From positions 563,320-627,319 of the forward strand of contig JALVYU010000026.1 of assembly GCA_027022365.1 (NCBI GenBank): a stretch of DNA of 64,000 nt, given 5' to 3'. This DNA comes from Desulfurococcales archaeon. GTDB lineage: Archaea; Thermoproteota; Thermoprotei_A; Sulfolobales; Desulfurococcaceae. Shown in pieces: positions 38,875-49,399 of this stretch. Each line of letters begins with the position of its first letter. Positions within the stretch are counted from its first letter, which is position 1. The position numbers were made by a program, and so were the translations under genes. The notes beneath the pieces are model-generated. The model was given only the letters and a program-made list of their open reading frames with translations, made no database searches and was not told where the DNA came from.

Positions 38875-39630
38875 ATGGTCGAGAGAGTCAAGACAGGCAT
38901 ACCGGGATTCGACGAGATAGTGTATGGAGGAATACCAAAGCGTAACGTTGTATTGCTTAGTGGTGGCCCCGGAACCGGTAAGACGATATTCGGACAACAA
39001 TATTTATGGAACGGATTACAGATGGGCGAACCCGGAGTCTACGTTGCATTAGAGGAACACCCAGTACAAGTAAGAATAAATATGCGCCAGTTCGGATGGG
39101 ACATCAGATCTTATGAGCAGCAAGGATATTTCGCCATTGTAGATGCATTTACGGGAGGAATAGGAGAAGCCGCAAAAAGGGAGAAATATGTTGTAAGAGA
39201 CCCCACCGACGTCGGTGAACTAATAGACGTTCTCAAGGCAGCTATACGCGATGTAGGAGCTATGAGAGTAGTGATCGATTCAGTATCAACACTATACCTG
39301 ACTAAGCCAAGTGTGGCTAGAAGCGTAGTACTACTACTTAAGAGAGTATTATCAGGTCTAGGAACAACATCCATACTAATATCGCAGGTCAGCGTCACAG
39401 AAAGAGGATTCGGAGGCCCCGGAGTAGAACACGCTGCAGACGGTATAGTAAGGCTCGATCTCAACGAGTTCAATGGAGAACTAATGCGAAGCATCATAGT
39501 ATGGAAAATGAGAGGCACTAAGCATAGCATGAAGAGACATCCATTCGAGATAACCGATAAGGGCATAATAATATACCATAACAAGGTACTGAGAATACGT
39601 GGCGCATCAGTAGTATTCGAACAAATATAA
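38875..39630 (+). CDS. KaiC-like ATPase (UPF0273/PH0284-type)
   Basis: [50 protein letters not shown]. Confidence 0.92.
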   Translation: MVERVKTGIPGFDEIVYGGIPKRNVVLLSGGPGTGKTIFGQQYLWNGLQMGEPGVYVALEEHPVQVRINMRQFGWDIRSYEQQGYFAIVDAFTGGIGEAAKREKYVVRDPTDVGELIDVLKAAIRDVGAMRVVIDSVSTLYLTKPSVARSVVLLLKRVLSGLGTTSILISQVSVTERGFGGPGVEHAADGIVRLDLNEFNGELMRSIIVWKMRGTKHSMKRHPFEITDKGIIIYHNKVLRIRGASVVFEQI

Positions 39631-39733
39631 TGATATATTGTCCGCTGCTCAGAATCCATGAGCCCATAATTATAAGAAGCTATCTTTTTATATCGTTCGT
39701 CTACGCCTAGATATTTTATAGGTTGACCATAAA

Positions 39734-42700
39734 ATGATGAATCCAATGAGAGTTCACGGCTACTATAGATACTCCTGTCCTAATTGTAAAGGCGTAAATA
39801 ATGATATGAGATTAATATATAAGGCTCCCTGCCAGAAATGTCTTCCTTCACAAATATTTGTCAAGATAAAGAAAGAGGTAGTCGATAAGGATTATCCATA
39901 TATTATTAAAACATATTATGAAAACGTTTCCGAGCCTAAAGGCATAAAGAAATTATATGTATTCAATGAAAAAGTACAGGAATTTGAAGAATTCTTTAAG
40001 AAGGCAACAGGAGGCTACAGATTCTGGAGCGCACAACGAACATGGGCCAAGAGAGTATTAAAGGGTAAATCCTTCAGCATTATTGCCCCGACGGGCATGG
40101 GCAAAACAATGTTTGCGCTCACAACAGCGCTTTACCTGGCAAAGAAAAATATCCGCTCCCATAGAGCCAACCGCTTGGACAGGCCAAAATGCTACCTGGT
40201 ATTTCCTACAACACCACTACTTCTCCAAGCAGAGAAGCGTTTAAAGACACTGGCCAACAATGCTGGCATTAAATTATGTAGTGACGAAGAAGATGATCCG
40301 AAGTGTCTGAAGATAATAACATTCCATGGTAAGATCTCAAAGAAGAAGAAAGAAGAATACATGGAAGCTATTAGGAAAGGTGATTTCGATATTCTCCTTT
40401 CAACCAATATGTTCATGCACAAGAACTACCAGGAACTAATGAATAAACAGTACTCATTTATAGCACTGGACGATGTCGATGCAATACTAAGAAGTGGTAA
40501 AGCTATAAAAATACTGTTCTACATCCTCGGAGTCTCCGACGAAGAGATCCAGAAAGCCCTCGAATACATTCGTTTAAGGCAACGGCTCGCCTTTCCATTA
40601 AAAGAAGATGAAAGAAAAGAACTAGAAAGACGCCTAAAAGAGCTAGAACGAGTTGTTGAGAAGACACGAAAGAAGATCAAGGCGATAATCCTCGTATCTA
40701 GCGCTACAGGGAAGCCTAGAGGGATCTATCCAAAGCTCTTCAAGGTACTCCTCGGATTCGAAGCAGGTAGCAAGCCAGAAGCGATAAGAAACATAGTGGA
40801 CACCTACAAGGAAATCACTGGCTCGGCAGATGAAGAAGTAGCTAGTATTGTGCGAAGACTTGGTGATGGAGGACTGGTCTACGTACCTATTGAACGTGGT
40901 ATCGAGTATGCCGAACACCTGGCAGAGATATTAAGGCGGAACGGGTTCAAGGCTGAGGCGTTCCACGCCAAAAAAGCTGTCAAACTGCTCGATCAATTTG
41001 CTAATGGTGAAATAGACGTACTTGTCGGTGTAGCCACTTATTATGGAGTAATGGTTCGCGGAATAGATCTACCTTGGAGAGTTAAGTACGCAGTATTCGT
41101 CGGGGTTCCACGCCACAAATTTAGTACAAGGCTCGAGAACCCGCGGCCCGTCGATATAATCAGGGTACTTTCAATACTCCGAGAAGTCCTTGAAGGCGAG
41201 GAAAAACAAAAAGTAGAGATAATGATCGGTAGGATATCCAATAGGCTCAGAAGACTGAGCCAGGCAGCATTACGTATGCTCTCCGAGGAATTCCAGAAAT
41301 ATCTGAGCGGGGAAACCGTTGAGGAAACCCCGCTTTTAAGAATGCTGATAGATGCATTAACTTATGCTAGGAAATTATTATCCGATCCAGAAATTCAGCG
41401 CAAGCTAATGCAATTACCCGACATAGCCCTAGTAACAGAAGATGACAAGACCTACATACTCATCCCCGACACAGCGACATACATACAGGCAAGCGGGCGT
41501 ACTTCGAGGCTCTACCCAGGAGGCATTACGAAAGGTCTTTCAATCATACTGGTTGACGACAGGAGGCTTCTCAACGGACTAGTTAAGAGGATGAGATGGT
41601 TATTCGAGGATTTCACTATTAAGGAGCTCAATGAGATCGACCTTGACAAGTTGATGAAGGAGATCAATGAAGAACGTAAGAAGGTCAAGAAGATCCTAGA
41701 GGGAGCGATAAAGGAATACAGAGCACTAGAGATATCAAAATCGGCCCTCCTAATAGTTGAGTCTCCTAATAAAGCCAGAACAATAGCTAATTTCTTCGGT
41801 AAACCGTCGACTAGAGTTCTAGATAATGGAATGATAGTATATGACGTAACAACTGGTGACTACGTCCTAACAATAGTTGCAAGCATAGGACACGTATATG
41901 ATCTTGTGGTAGATGAGGGATTCAAGAATTATGGTGTCCTGAAAATAAACGACTACTTTGTTCCTATATACACAGATATCAAGAGATGCAATAAGTGCGG
42001 CTACCAGTTTACTAACGAAGAAAATAAGTGTCCTCGCTGTGGCTCAAGAGACATCTCTAGGAAGATAGATATCGTAGATACCTTGAGGGAACTAGCGAAT
42101 GAGGTAGACATAGTATTCATAGGGACAGACCCAGACACTGAGGGAGAAAAAATAGGATGGGATCTAAAAGTATTGCTTGAACCATACACGAACACCATAA
42201 AGAGGATAGAGTTCCATGAGATAACGCGTAAAGCTATACTTAACGCGATAAGGAATCCACGTGATTTTGACCTAAGACTAATAGAGGCACAGATTGTCAG
42301 GAGAATAGAGGATCGTTGGCTCGGCTTCGCATTATCCGAAAAGCTATGGTATGATTTCTGGCCATTCTATTGTAACCGCTTCATAATTCCTAAACTGCTC
42401 GACGCCATACGGAGAGGCAAGAGAGTACAACTTGTCAATTGTTGTGAGACCATTAACAGGAACCTGAGTGCAGGTAGGGTACAGACACCAGTCCTTGGAT
42501 ACATTATTGAACGATACGAACAGAGCAGAAACCCGAGGAAATACGGGTTACTTAAATACATAGGCTATATCGAAGAACTATCGCTGATGTTCGAACTGGT
42601 ACAAGAAGAAATAGAAAAACTCGGCCTAGAAACACCTAAAGATCTTATTGGTAGAAAAGTTGTCGTAAAAGACATGGGCGAAGAAGTAGTAGACGTTAAC

Positions 42701-43645
42701 CCATTACCGCCATTCACTACTGATACGCTCCTCGAGGAAGCAAGCCGTGTACTAGGTCTTCCAGCGACTAGGACGATGGAGATTGCACAGGATCTGTTCG
42801 AACTGGGTCTGATAACCTATCATAGAACAGACAGCATACGTGTAAGCGATGCAGGTATCAATGTTGCTCGCCAGTATCTGGAGGAAAAATACGGTGACAA
42901 ATATAAGGAGTACTTCAAGCCCAGAACGTGGGGTGCTGGCGGAGCCCATGAGGCAATAAGGCCGACAAGACCTATCGATCCCGATAGGCTTGTACAACTA
43001 ATAAAAGAAGGGGCAATTATACTTGCTAAACCCCTTACACGCCAGCACATTGCTGTTTACAGGCTAATCTTTGAAAGATTCATAGCAAGCCAAATGATCC
43101 CGGCCAAACTAAAACTACAACGGATCGAGCTGATACTAGACGGGATATCAAAGACCCTGGAACGCTATGTAGAAATCGTCGAGAAAGGATTCCTAGAAAT
43201 TTACAATATATTGAGGATAGAGAGTCGGGTCAGGCCCGGAGAATACATTGTAAGTGATGCCAGAGAATTAAAGCCGCCGCTGGCAAGATATCACGACGTC
43301 ATAAAATGGATGAAAGAAAAAGGAATCGGGAGGCCAAGCACATACGCCAAAATAATACAGACTCTCATTGATAGAAAATACGTTAAGATTACCAGCAAGG
43401 TCAAGGCATTAATACCGACTGAGAGAGGAGTAATGGTCTATGAATTCTTGACAAAATATTTTGGCGATGTAGTAAGCGTTGATACCACGAGAAGCCTCGA
43501 GGAGAAGATGAAGCAGATTGAGGAGGGAAAAGTTGACTATCAAGAAGTTCTCGCGCAACTATACGATGAAGTACTAAACAAAGTAATAAATAGAGATAGC
43601 GGCGAACTGCGCAGAGAGGTGTGTCCGTCATCAGGATCGAAGTAG
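39734..43645 (+). CDS. rgy: Reverse gyrase
   Basis: N-terminal Zn finger, APTGMGKT, DDVD, YIQASGRTSR, IVESPNKA, DPDTEGE, SAGRVQTP, catalytic ITYHRTDS, GIGRPSTY. Confidence 0.98.
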   Translation: MMNPMRVHGYYRYSCPNCKGVNNDMRLIYKAPCQKCLPSQIFVKIKKEVVDKDYPYIIKTYYENVSEPKGIKKLYVFNEKVQEFEEFFKKATGGYRFWSAQRTWAKRVLKGKSFSIIAPTGMGKTMFALTTALYLAKKNIRSHRANRLDRPKCYLVFPTTPLLLQAEKRLKTLANNAGIKLCSDEEDDPKCLKIITFHGKISKKKKEEYMEAIRKGDFDILLSTNMFMHKNYQELMNKQYSFIALDDVDAILRSGKAIKILFYILGVSDEEIQKALEYIRLRQRLAFPLKEDERKELERRLKELERVVEKTRKKIKAIILVSSATGKPRGIYPKLFKVLLGFEAGSKPEAIRNIVDTYKEITGSADEEVASIVRRLGDGGLVYVPIERGIEYAEHLAEILRRNGFKAEAFHAKKAVKLLDQFANGEIDVLVGVATYYGVMVRGIDLPWRVKYAVFVGVPRHKFSTRLENPRPVDIIRVLSILREVLEGEEKQKVEIMIGRISNRLRRLSQAALRMLSEEFQKYLSGETVEETPLLRMLIDALTYARKLLSDPEIQRKLMQLPDIALVTEDDKTYILIPDTATYIQASGRTSRLYPGGITKGLSIILVDDRRLLNGLVKRMRWLFEDFTIKELNEIDLDKLMKEINEERKKVKKILEGAIKEYRALEISKSALLIVESPNKARTIANFFGKPSTRVLDNGMIVYDVTTGDYVLTIVASIGHVYDLVVDEGFKNYGVLKINDYFVPIYTDIKRCNKCGYQFTNEENKCPRCGSRDISRKIDIVDTLRELANEVDIVFIGTDPDTEGEKIGWDLKVLLEPYTNTIKRIEFHEITRKAILNAIRNPRDFDLRLIEAQIVRRIEDRWLGFALSEKLWYDFWPFYCNRFIIPKLLDAIRRGKRVQLVNCCETINRNLSAGRVQTPVLGYIIERYEQSRNPRKYGLLKYIGYIEELSLMFELVQEEIEKLGLETPKDLIGRKVVVKDMGEEVVDVNPLPPFTTDTLLEEASRVLGLPATRTMEIAQDLFELGLITYHRTDSIRVSDAGINVARQYLEEKYGDKYKEYFKPRTWGAGGAHEAIRPTRPIDPDRLVQLIKEGAIILAKPLTRQHIAVYRLIFERFIASQMIPAKLKLQRIELILDGISKTLERYVEIVEKGFLEIYNILRIESRVRPGEYIVSDARELKPPLARYHDVIKWMKEKGIGRPSTYAKIIQTLIDRKYVKITSKVKALIPTERGVMVYEFLTKYFGDVVSVDTTRSLEEKMKQIEEGKVDYQEVLAQLYDEVLNKVINRDSGELRREVCPSSGSK

Positions 43646-44487
43646 TGGGCGAGGTAGAAGACTACGGTAAAAATGCTGTTGCTGTTGTTCATCTAAATAT
43701 TTTTGAATACGCTAAGAAACACAATCTAGATCACGCCAAGAACATACTGTTGTTCGCACATGAGCAAGATGTCAGGACAATCATACTACCTTATATGCAG
43801 CCCTATGGCCCTGTAATTGATGAGGCGCCTATAAGCAATAGACGTATGATAAGAAAATACGCATTGTCCGTAAACGATCCTTACATATTAACTCTTAACA
43901 TGATCGCCCGTAACTATGGGCTAAACATTGTCGTGGCCGGAATAATAGAAAGAGCTGGCTCAAAAATATATGTATCATCAATAATGATCTCACCATATAC
44001 TCAATTATCAATGATCAGACACCGTAAAATCATAATCAAAGACCATGAAAGAAAGCTAGGGATAAGCCCTGGCAAATCAATAGCTCCACTAAAAGTCAGA
44101 GACACTATAATCGCCAGTATTCTTGACGATGAATTCTACGTGCCAGAAATGATTAGACTTCTGCTTCTAGAAAACTCCTCATTCCTACTCTACGGATATA
44201 GTCAGAGTAGCCCTCCAAAAAACGTGACTAACCTCGTCCGGACTTACTCGTATGTTTTCTCAGTACCAATAATTGTTCCTGGATCAATAATTTATTATAG
44301 AAACAAAGTGTTGCATGTCACTCCAACAATAGTAACGGATTCGGAGGGAAACATAATATACAAGTATGTCGGTGAGGAACAGAAGATCATAATAATACCT
44401 GAACACCTATTTGTTGCCTCTGTATCGTCGAATGTGGAAACGGACACGTTAAAATTAATTGCTAGGAAGTATAGAACCATTCTTTGA
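43621..44487 (+). CDS. Carbon-nitrogen hydrolase (nitrilase) fold protein, apparently lacking the catalytic Glu and Cys
   Basis: IVVAGIIERAGSKIYVSS, HRK, ISPGKS, ILDDEFYVPEMIRLL. Confidence 0.75.
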   Translation: MSVIRIEVVGEVEDYGKNAVAVVHLNIFEYAKKHNLDHAKNILLFAHEQDVRTIILPYMQPYGPVIDEAPISNRRMIRKYALSVNDPYILTLNMIARNYGLNIVVAGIIERAGSKIYVSSIMISPYTQLSMIRHRKIIIKDHERKLGISPGKSIAPLKVRDTIIASILDDEFYVPEMIRLLLLENSSFLLYGYSQSSPPKNVTNLVRTYSYVFSVPIIVPGSIIYYRNKVLHVTPTIVTDSEGNIIYKYVGEEQKIIIIPEHLFVASVSSNVETDTLKLIARKYRTIL

Positions 44488-44513
44488 CGAGTCGGGCCAT
44501 GGAGGAGATGTAA

Positions 44514-44876
44514 ATGGTTTTAGAACAGAAAGTTGTACCATTAAAGACTAAGACGCTTAACGATCTCATACGGTTAGCTGTTGCAACAGCAGGTCCTCAA
44601 GGAATGACGTATATATTGAAGTTTCATGATGAGAAAGGACGATTAGTTCTAGGCGTTCTAGGAGTCTTCAGAGATTATTACAAATACTATGGTGTACCTA
44701 TGTTTTACTACTATGTGGTCGACGATAGCATTAGGGAGAATGTTGAGGACTCAAACTATATAATTGTGTCTACTGGTGAAGAAAGAATAGAATTCTCGAA
44801 GCATCCCAAGCCGGGCCTCTCTATTCCATTAATACATTTGGCGTCTAAGCCTGCCTTCATACCGGAGCTGGATTGA
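44514..44876 (+). CDS. Hypothetical protein (crenarchaeal type)
   Basis: GGAGG RBS; FRDYYKYYGVPMFYY motif. Confidence 0.75.
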   Translation: MVLEQKVVPLKTKTLNDLIRLAVATAGPQGMTYILKFHDEKGRLVLGVLGVFRDYYKYYGVPMFYYYVVDDSIRENVEDSNYIIVSTGEERIEFSKHPKPGLSIPLIHLASKPAFIPELD

Positions 44877-44880
44877 GGTC

Positions 44881-45606
44881 TTAGTGTTTCTTCCCCCTAA
44901 TGATCCTAACTGGTATTCCGGGCGGGGTTATCGTCTCTAATTTCTTGAACCCTATCTTTTCCATAGTCCTATAAATACGTCTAATATATTCCGGGTTTTT
45001 CCCCGCGAATACTGAAATTGTTCCTCCATAGTCCAATAACTTATATAATGTATTGAGGAATCCGTAGGAGTATAGCCTCGTATTTTTCTTCGGGTTAGGA
45101 CCGCCATCATGGACTATGTGATCGTAACTCTCCTTGTTTCTAAGCAGGATTTTTGCCACTATAATGGCATCGTTTAAGAAAATAAATGTGTTTTTGTCTT
45201 CCAGAGATTCTGCAAAGTAATGGTAGGGATTTCTGTATAGTGCTATCCCGAGTATTATAGGATCTACCTCAATGCTATGTATGGCTGCGTTTTTGTTCAC
45301 ATATCTTATACAATAATGTGTTCTCCCAAGCCCTGTTCCTATTTCAAGAATTTGTTCTGCAGAGAGGGAAGCCTCGGCCCATGCTATGTAGCACCCTAGC
45401 GTGATTACACGATAATCATTCTTCCCGGGTTTTCCCAGGTATCCTAGTCCTCCGGTTATTTTGTTGATGTAGTCATCTATGTCTTGCTGACTGATATTGA
45501 GAACTTTCTTCCTATAAGCGGCTTGTGCGGTTCTCCTAGCAATATAATCAGCTCTTTTGTAGTTTCGGAGTAAGAGATGGGTTAGTGTACAAAAAGGTGG
45601 TTGCAT
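44881..45606 (-). CDS. SAM-dependent methyltransferase (COG2521/MnmD-like)
   Basis: ILEIGTGLGRT, SIEVDP, YDHIVHD..RLYSYGF..LYKLL..GG. Confidence 0.8.
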   Translation of the reverse strand: MQPPFCTLTHLLLRNYKRADYIARRTAQAAYRKKVLNISQQDIDDYINKITGGLGYLGKPGKNDYRVITLGCYIAWAEASLSAEQILEIGTGLGRTHYCIRYVNKNAAIHSIEVDPIILGIALYRNPYHYFAESLEDKNTFIFLNDAIIVAKILLRNKESYDHIVHDGGPNPKKNTRLYSYGFLNTLYKLLDYGGTISVFAGKNPEYIRRIYRTMEKIGFKKLETITPPGIPVRIIRGKKH

Positions 45607-46001
45607 TACCTTGTCCTTATGATCATTCTTTTACCCATGACGATCCAGTACTCTACTTCGACTCCTGGCTGGAGTTTTTCTCTTAGCTTCTCGTCCTCTG
45701 GCTTCTCTACCTCGAACGTATCGAAGGTCTCCATATCCATTATCTGTACCATATCGCCCATGTCGGCGATCACTTGGCCAACACGCTTCTCTATAATGGG
45801 GACCTCTACTCGCTGGTCAACAGGTGCGACTAAGGTTCTCTTATTGCCCGTGAAAAGCCCGATGGCAACAACATGTGCTTTTGCACTGCCATGTTTCCCT
45901 GTCTTGGCCTTGCTCATTTCAACTATTCTGCATGGTTCACCGTCTATGACTATGAAGTTTCCTGGTTTCAGTTCACCGAGGGTTGCGTATGTTTTGCTCA
46001 T
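45606..46001 (-). CDS. eif5a: Translation factor aIF-5A
   Basis: Hypusine loop [12 protein letters not shown]; [13 protein letters not shown]. Confidence 0.97.
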   Translation of the reverse strand: MSKTYATLGELKPGNFIVIDGEPCRIVEMSKAKTGKHGSAKAHVVAIGLFTGNKRTLVAPVDQRVEVPIIEKRVGQVIADMGDMVQIMDMETFDTFEVEKPEDEKLREKLQPGVEVEYWIVMGKRMIIRTR

Positions 46002-46041
46002 ACATATTCACCCGCTCAGCATGGATGTTTTATTCGTAGAA

Positions 46042-47337
46042 TCATTTAGGGGGGTTCGCCATATTTATAGGTCTCTTTCTCCACTTTCCGGACAATATGT
46101 ATCCTATATCCGTATCTAAGTTATCAGCTATTTCTTTGAATACTTTTTCATTCATAGTATACGATATATGTAGTTCGTGCATATTCATTGCAGGACAAAT
46201 AATACAACCTATTCTCGTGAAGCCCCTGTCATAAAGCGGGTTTATTTCTAGCCCAAAGTGTAGTGCTACTAGTTGTGCTTCGAGCCTTGTCCAGGATATG
46301 ATCGGTAGAGCCCGCCTAATGCCTGGCATGTAGCGGCTCGTGGTTATTCGTGGTAAGCGTCCTCGAGAAGAGCTTTCATACATCCTGATACCCTCAAATA
46401 CAAGCCTGATATTGTTCTTTTTGTAGAACTCATAGAGGGGTCTTATCTTTAAGAGACCAGTGCACCATCTATTATCTCTTGAGGGTAGTTCTCTTTCCTC
46501 ATTTATGAGTTCCAAGAACTTTTTACCGCTTTCGACTACTTCGAGATGAACGCCTAATTTCTCAGTAATTCTCTCTACGAATAACTTGGTTTCCGGGAAC
46601 TCTAGCCCAGTATCGGAGTACACAGCGATGATCTTATCAGTGCCTAGGGCTTTCGCCACTAGATAAAGCGTTATAGTGGAATCGATGCCGCCTGAGAATG
46701 CAATGGCGTATGGAGGATTATATTTGGATGCGGTCTTTTTTATAAACCCTATTGCTTCATTTATGATAGTATCTATATGATGCTTATTTGCATTGACAAT
46801 CTTATCGGGTCGAACAGAAGGTAGTTCTTTAAAAACATGTGGCGCTAGATCTTTAACCTTACACTTGCCCCCTTTCCTCTTACATATGCCAACGTATTTG
46901 CCAGTAATAAATATCAGATATTTTGTGCGGGAGTAACAGCTATTAGTTATTTGTATATATTTGCCCTTGAGCCTCCTCTTGATTGACGGGATCCTACAGA
47001 CTTGGCTCATGTGGTGGGCTAGAATGGATGCTAATGCTCCAGTCGGATAAAATACCCAACCCTCTCTAGTAGAGTATAGTAGGACACCATACTTTGCTCC
47101 ATCACACCATACCTCAGCAGCGTATTCACCATACTCGGAGGGCAGACGTCGAAATATCATGCTCTTACTACTAGTATCTAACGATATATCGAGATCCCTT
47201 TTGATCAGCCTGGAGATTATTTTCTTCTCGTATTCTGAGCCGAACCAAATATCATGTTTGCCTATTTTGATTAAGGGTTTGCCCCTATTGATCAGTGGTA
47301 TATTTTCCTCAATATTCCATTCAATGAACTTTATCAT
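46042..47337 (-). CDS. PAPS-reductase-family (PP-loop) Fe-S protein
   Basis: AFSGGIDS, DTGLEFPET, RWCT..LK, GIRMYES..R, RIGCIICP; start set at MIKF to avoid overlap. Confidence 0.82.
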   Translation of the reverse strand: MIKFIEWNIEENIPLINRGKPLIKIGKHDIWFGSEYEKKIISRLIKRDLDISLDTSSKSMIFRRLPSEYGEYAAEVWCDGAKYGVLLYSTREGWVFYPTGALASILAHHMSQVCRIPSIKRRLKGKYIQITNSCYSRTKYLIFITGKYVGICKRKGGKCKVKDLAPHVFKELPSVRPDKIVNANKHHIDTIINEAIGFIKKTASKYNPPYAIAFSGGIDSTITLYLVAKALGTDKIIAVYSDTGLEFPETKLFVERITEKLGVHLEVVESGKKFLELINEERELPSRDNRWCTGLLKIRPLYEFYKKNNIRLVFEGIRMYESSSRGRLPRITTSRYMPGIRRALPIISWTRLEAQLVALHFGLEINPLYDRGFTRIGCIICPAMNMHELHISYTMNEKVFKEIADNLDTDIGYILSGKWRKRPINMANPPK

Positions 47338-47341
47338 TCTT

Positions 47342-48025
47342 TCATCCGTGTTCGCTGGGCTTGTTCTTCTTCTCTGCACATATATTGTTTTTAAGTCTCT
47401 TCTCAATTATATCGTGGAAGAAATACCATGTTGCGAATATTGTTATGACCGATGCTATCCCTAGGCTTATACCCCATGACAAAGCGTTCTTTACTGTGTC
47501 GGATAATGCCGTGATATCTATAGTTACAAGCATTGTGACCAGCAATAGTAATAGGAACATGAATCCCCTAAGTTTAGCCTCCATACGTATGAACCTGACA
47601 AGCGAGCCTAGCACTATGAATGACAGTATTATGATAAACACTATGCTAGCATATCTGGCAAGATAGCCTAGGAGGATATTAGCCATGTTGATTTCCTGGG
47701 GGAATACGATTAGAAGCACTGAGTAAACAGCTAACAGTACTAGGCCTATGTCCGTGAGAACTATAATGAGGCCTGTGAGACTAATGTATGCTTCTTGCAA
47801 TATGGGTTTAAGGAGCTCATCAATCTTGAATATTGATAGTATCTTTCTAAGCATCTTATTGATAAAAATTATCACGACTATATATAGTGAGATTATTACG
47901 AGAGCAACCAATAATTTCGGTAATAATAATGCAAGATCTCGTAGGGCTAGCTCGAATGCTTGTAGCAGTGTTTTAAGTCCTTGGCCTGTCGTGTTTATAG
48001 TTTCGATAAATGCTATATAATACAT
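47342..48025 (-). CDS. Multi-pass membrane protein (MscS-associated TM-helix-like)
   Basis: Five hydrophobic segments; LPKLLVALVII motif. Confidence 0.65.
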   Translation of the reverse strand: MYYIAFIETINTTGQGLKTLLQAFELALRDLALLLPKLLVALVIISLYIVVIIFINKMLRKILSIFKIDELLKPILQEAYISLTGLIIVLTDIGLVLLAVYSVLLIVFPQEINMANILLGYLARYASIVFIIILSFIVLGSLVRFIRMEAKLRGFMFLLLLLVTMLVTIDITALSDTVKNALSWGISLGIASVITIFATWYFFHDIIEKRLKNNICAEKKNKPSEHG

Positions 48026-49368
48026 TATGGACCACCTGTTAGCATTTGTAGGTAGTAAATTGTCCTATATATTATGAACAAGAGTATGAATGCGAGTATG
48101 AACGCTATCAGTTTCAATACCGTTTTAGCCGCCTCTCTGGTTACGAATACCATGAAGTTATAGCTTGTCATACTGGTCATATAGAGAATGCGCGAATACA
48201 TCCTAACATAGACCGGGGATACTATTGCGAGCTCCGGTATAGCGGTGAGTGCAATAAATAATCCAGTTATGCTGAACATGCTCGCAGTGATGAACACTAG
48301 AACGTAATTGAAAGCTAGAAATGCACCGATAAGGCCTCCTATGAGCATTGATAACGCGTTCGCCGTTGTCAACATTATGCTTGCACGGATTATTCCTAGT
48401 TTCTTAACAATGCTAGAGTAAGCCAGTCCTGCGAAGAGGTTTGTTCCTACGATTGAGAACGAGTAAATAACAGCTATTCCGAGATGTAGGAGTGGATAAT
48501 TTATTAGTATTATAAGTATTGGGGTGAAAGCTAGGCCTATAATAGCATATCTGTACAGCCTTATGTCGAGTCTGCTCCAGAACATACTCGCAAATATGTT
48601 TGTGAATGTCTGTATAAGCCATATCATGCCGACAAAATAATCTGGTGCGTGGAGCTGTCTTATCAGTCTTGGAACCCAGGCAATGCTAACTAGGTTGGTT
48701 ACAGTGAACACCATCACTAGCATTAATAAAGTACTTGTAGCCTTGATCTCGATCTCCTCGCTGCTTCTCCTAGGGCGTTCAATGATAGGAGTGGCATGGG
48801 ATAAGGCTATCAGAATAGTTCCGGCGAGACCACCTAGAAACGATATTGCGTATAAAATAAAGTATCTCGCATATGATTTAACTGCAGCTAGGACGATAAC
48901 TAATACTATCTGTCCAATTATGCTAGACACGCTTCCAGCGATCATTCGATATCCGATAAGCTTCCTATAGGTTTCCCTCTTAAAACTAGTGAAAAATAAT
49001 GCATTAAGGTATATTCCTGTCATAAAACTCGATGTCCATGCTAATCCAACAATGAACGGTAAGATATACGTGAAAGAAGCCATAAACGGTATGCAGAACC
49101 ATAATGAGCGCTCTAATATATGTACTATTAATAATCTCGTCTTTGCTTTTCCGGGCCTGGCGCGTACATGAACTATTTTCGAGGCTATAAGCGCCATAAG
49201 CCCGGATAATGCATTAAATGCGAGGATATCTTGGAGGGAATACCCTGAATTAACAAGTAGTATTGGGAGTAGACTCCTACTTATTGATACAAAGAAGCCA
49301 CCACTTAGGGCCTCAAGCACAAGTAGCCAGAAACTCGGGCCAAATCTTTGATCAAATCGGCTCTTCAT
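48025..49368 (-). CDS. MFS-like transporter
   Basis: About 12-13 TM segments, 447 aa. Confidence 0.75.
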   Translation of the reverse strand: MKSRFDQRFGPSFWLLVLEALSGGFFVSISRSLLPILLVNSGYSLQDILAFNALSGLMALIASKIVHVRARPGKAKTRLLIVHILERSLWFCIPFMASFTYILPFIVGLAWTSSFMTGIYLNALFFTSFKRETYRKLIGYRMIAGSVSSIIGQIVLVIVLAAVKSYARYFILYAISFLGGLAGTILIALSHATPIIERPRRSSEEIEIKATSTLLMLVMVFTVTNLVSIAWVPRLIRQLHAPDYFVGMIWLIQTFTNIFASMFWSRLDIRLYRYAIIGLAFTPILIILINYPLLHLGIAVIYSFSIVGTNLFAGLAYSSIVKKLGIIRASIMLTTANALSMLIGGLIGAFLAFNYVLVFITASMFSITGLFIALTAIPELAIVSPVYVRMYSRILYMTSMTSYNFMVFVTREAAKTVLKLIAFILAFILLFIIYRTIYYLQMLTGGP

Positions 49369-49399
49369 GGCATTATTCTATGAGATCAAAAAAGGGCTA

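Noticed and set aside
39627-39677. C/D-like pattern upstream of rgy (ATAATGA..CAGA..CCATGA..AAGA)
   Set aside because: All boxes are degenerate, one guide is AT-rich, and I recognise no target
39734-43645. Intein in reverse gyrase
   Set aside because: No intein splice-junction or LAGLIDADG motifs; the length fits an intein-free enzyme
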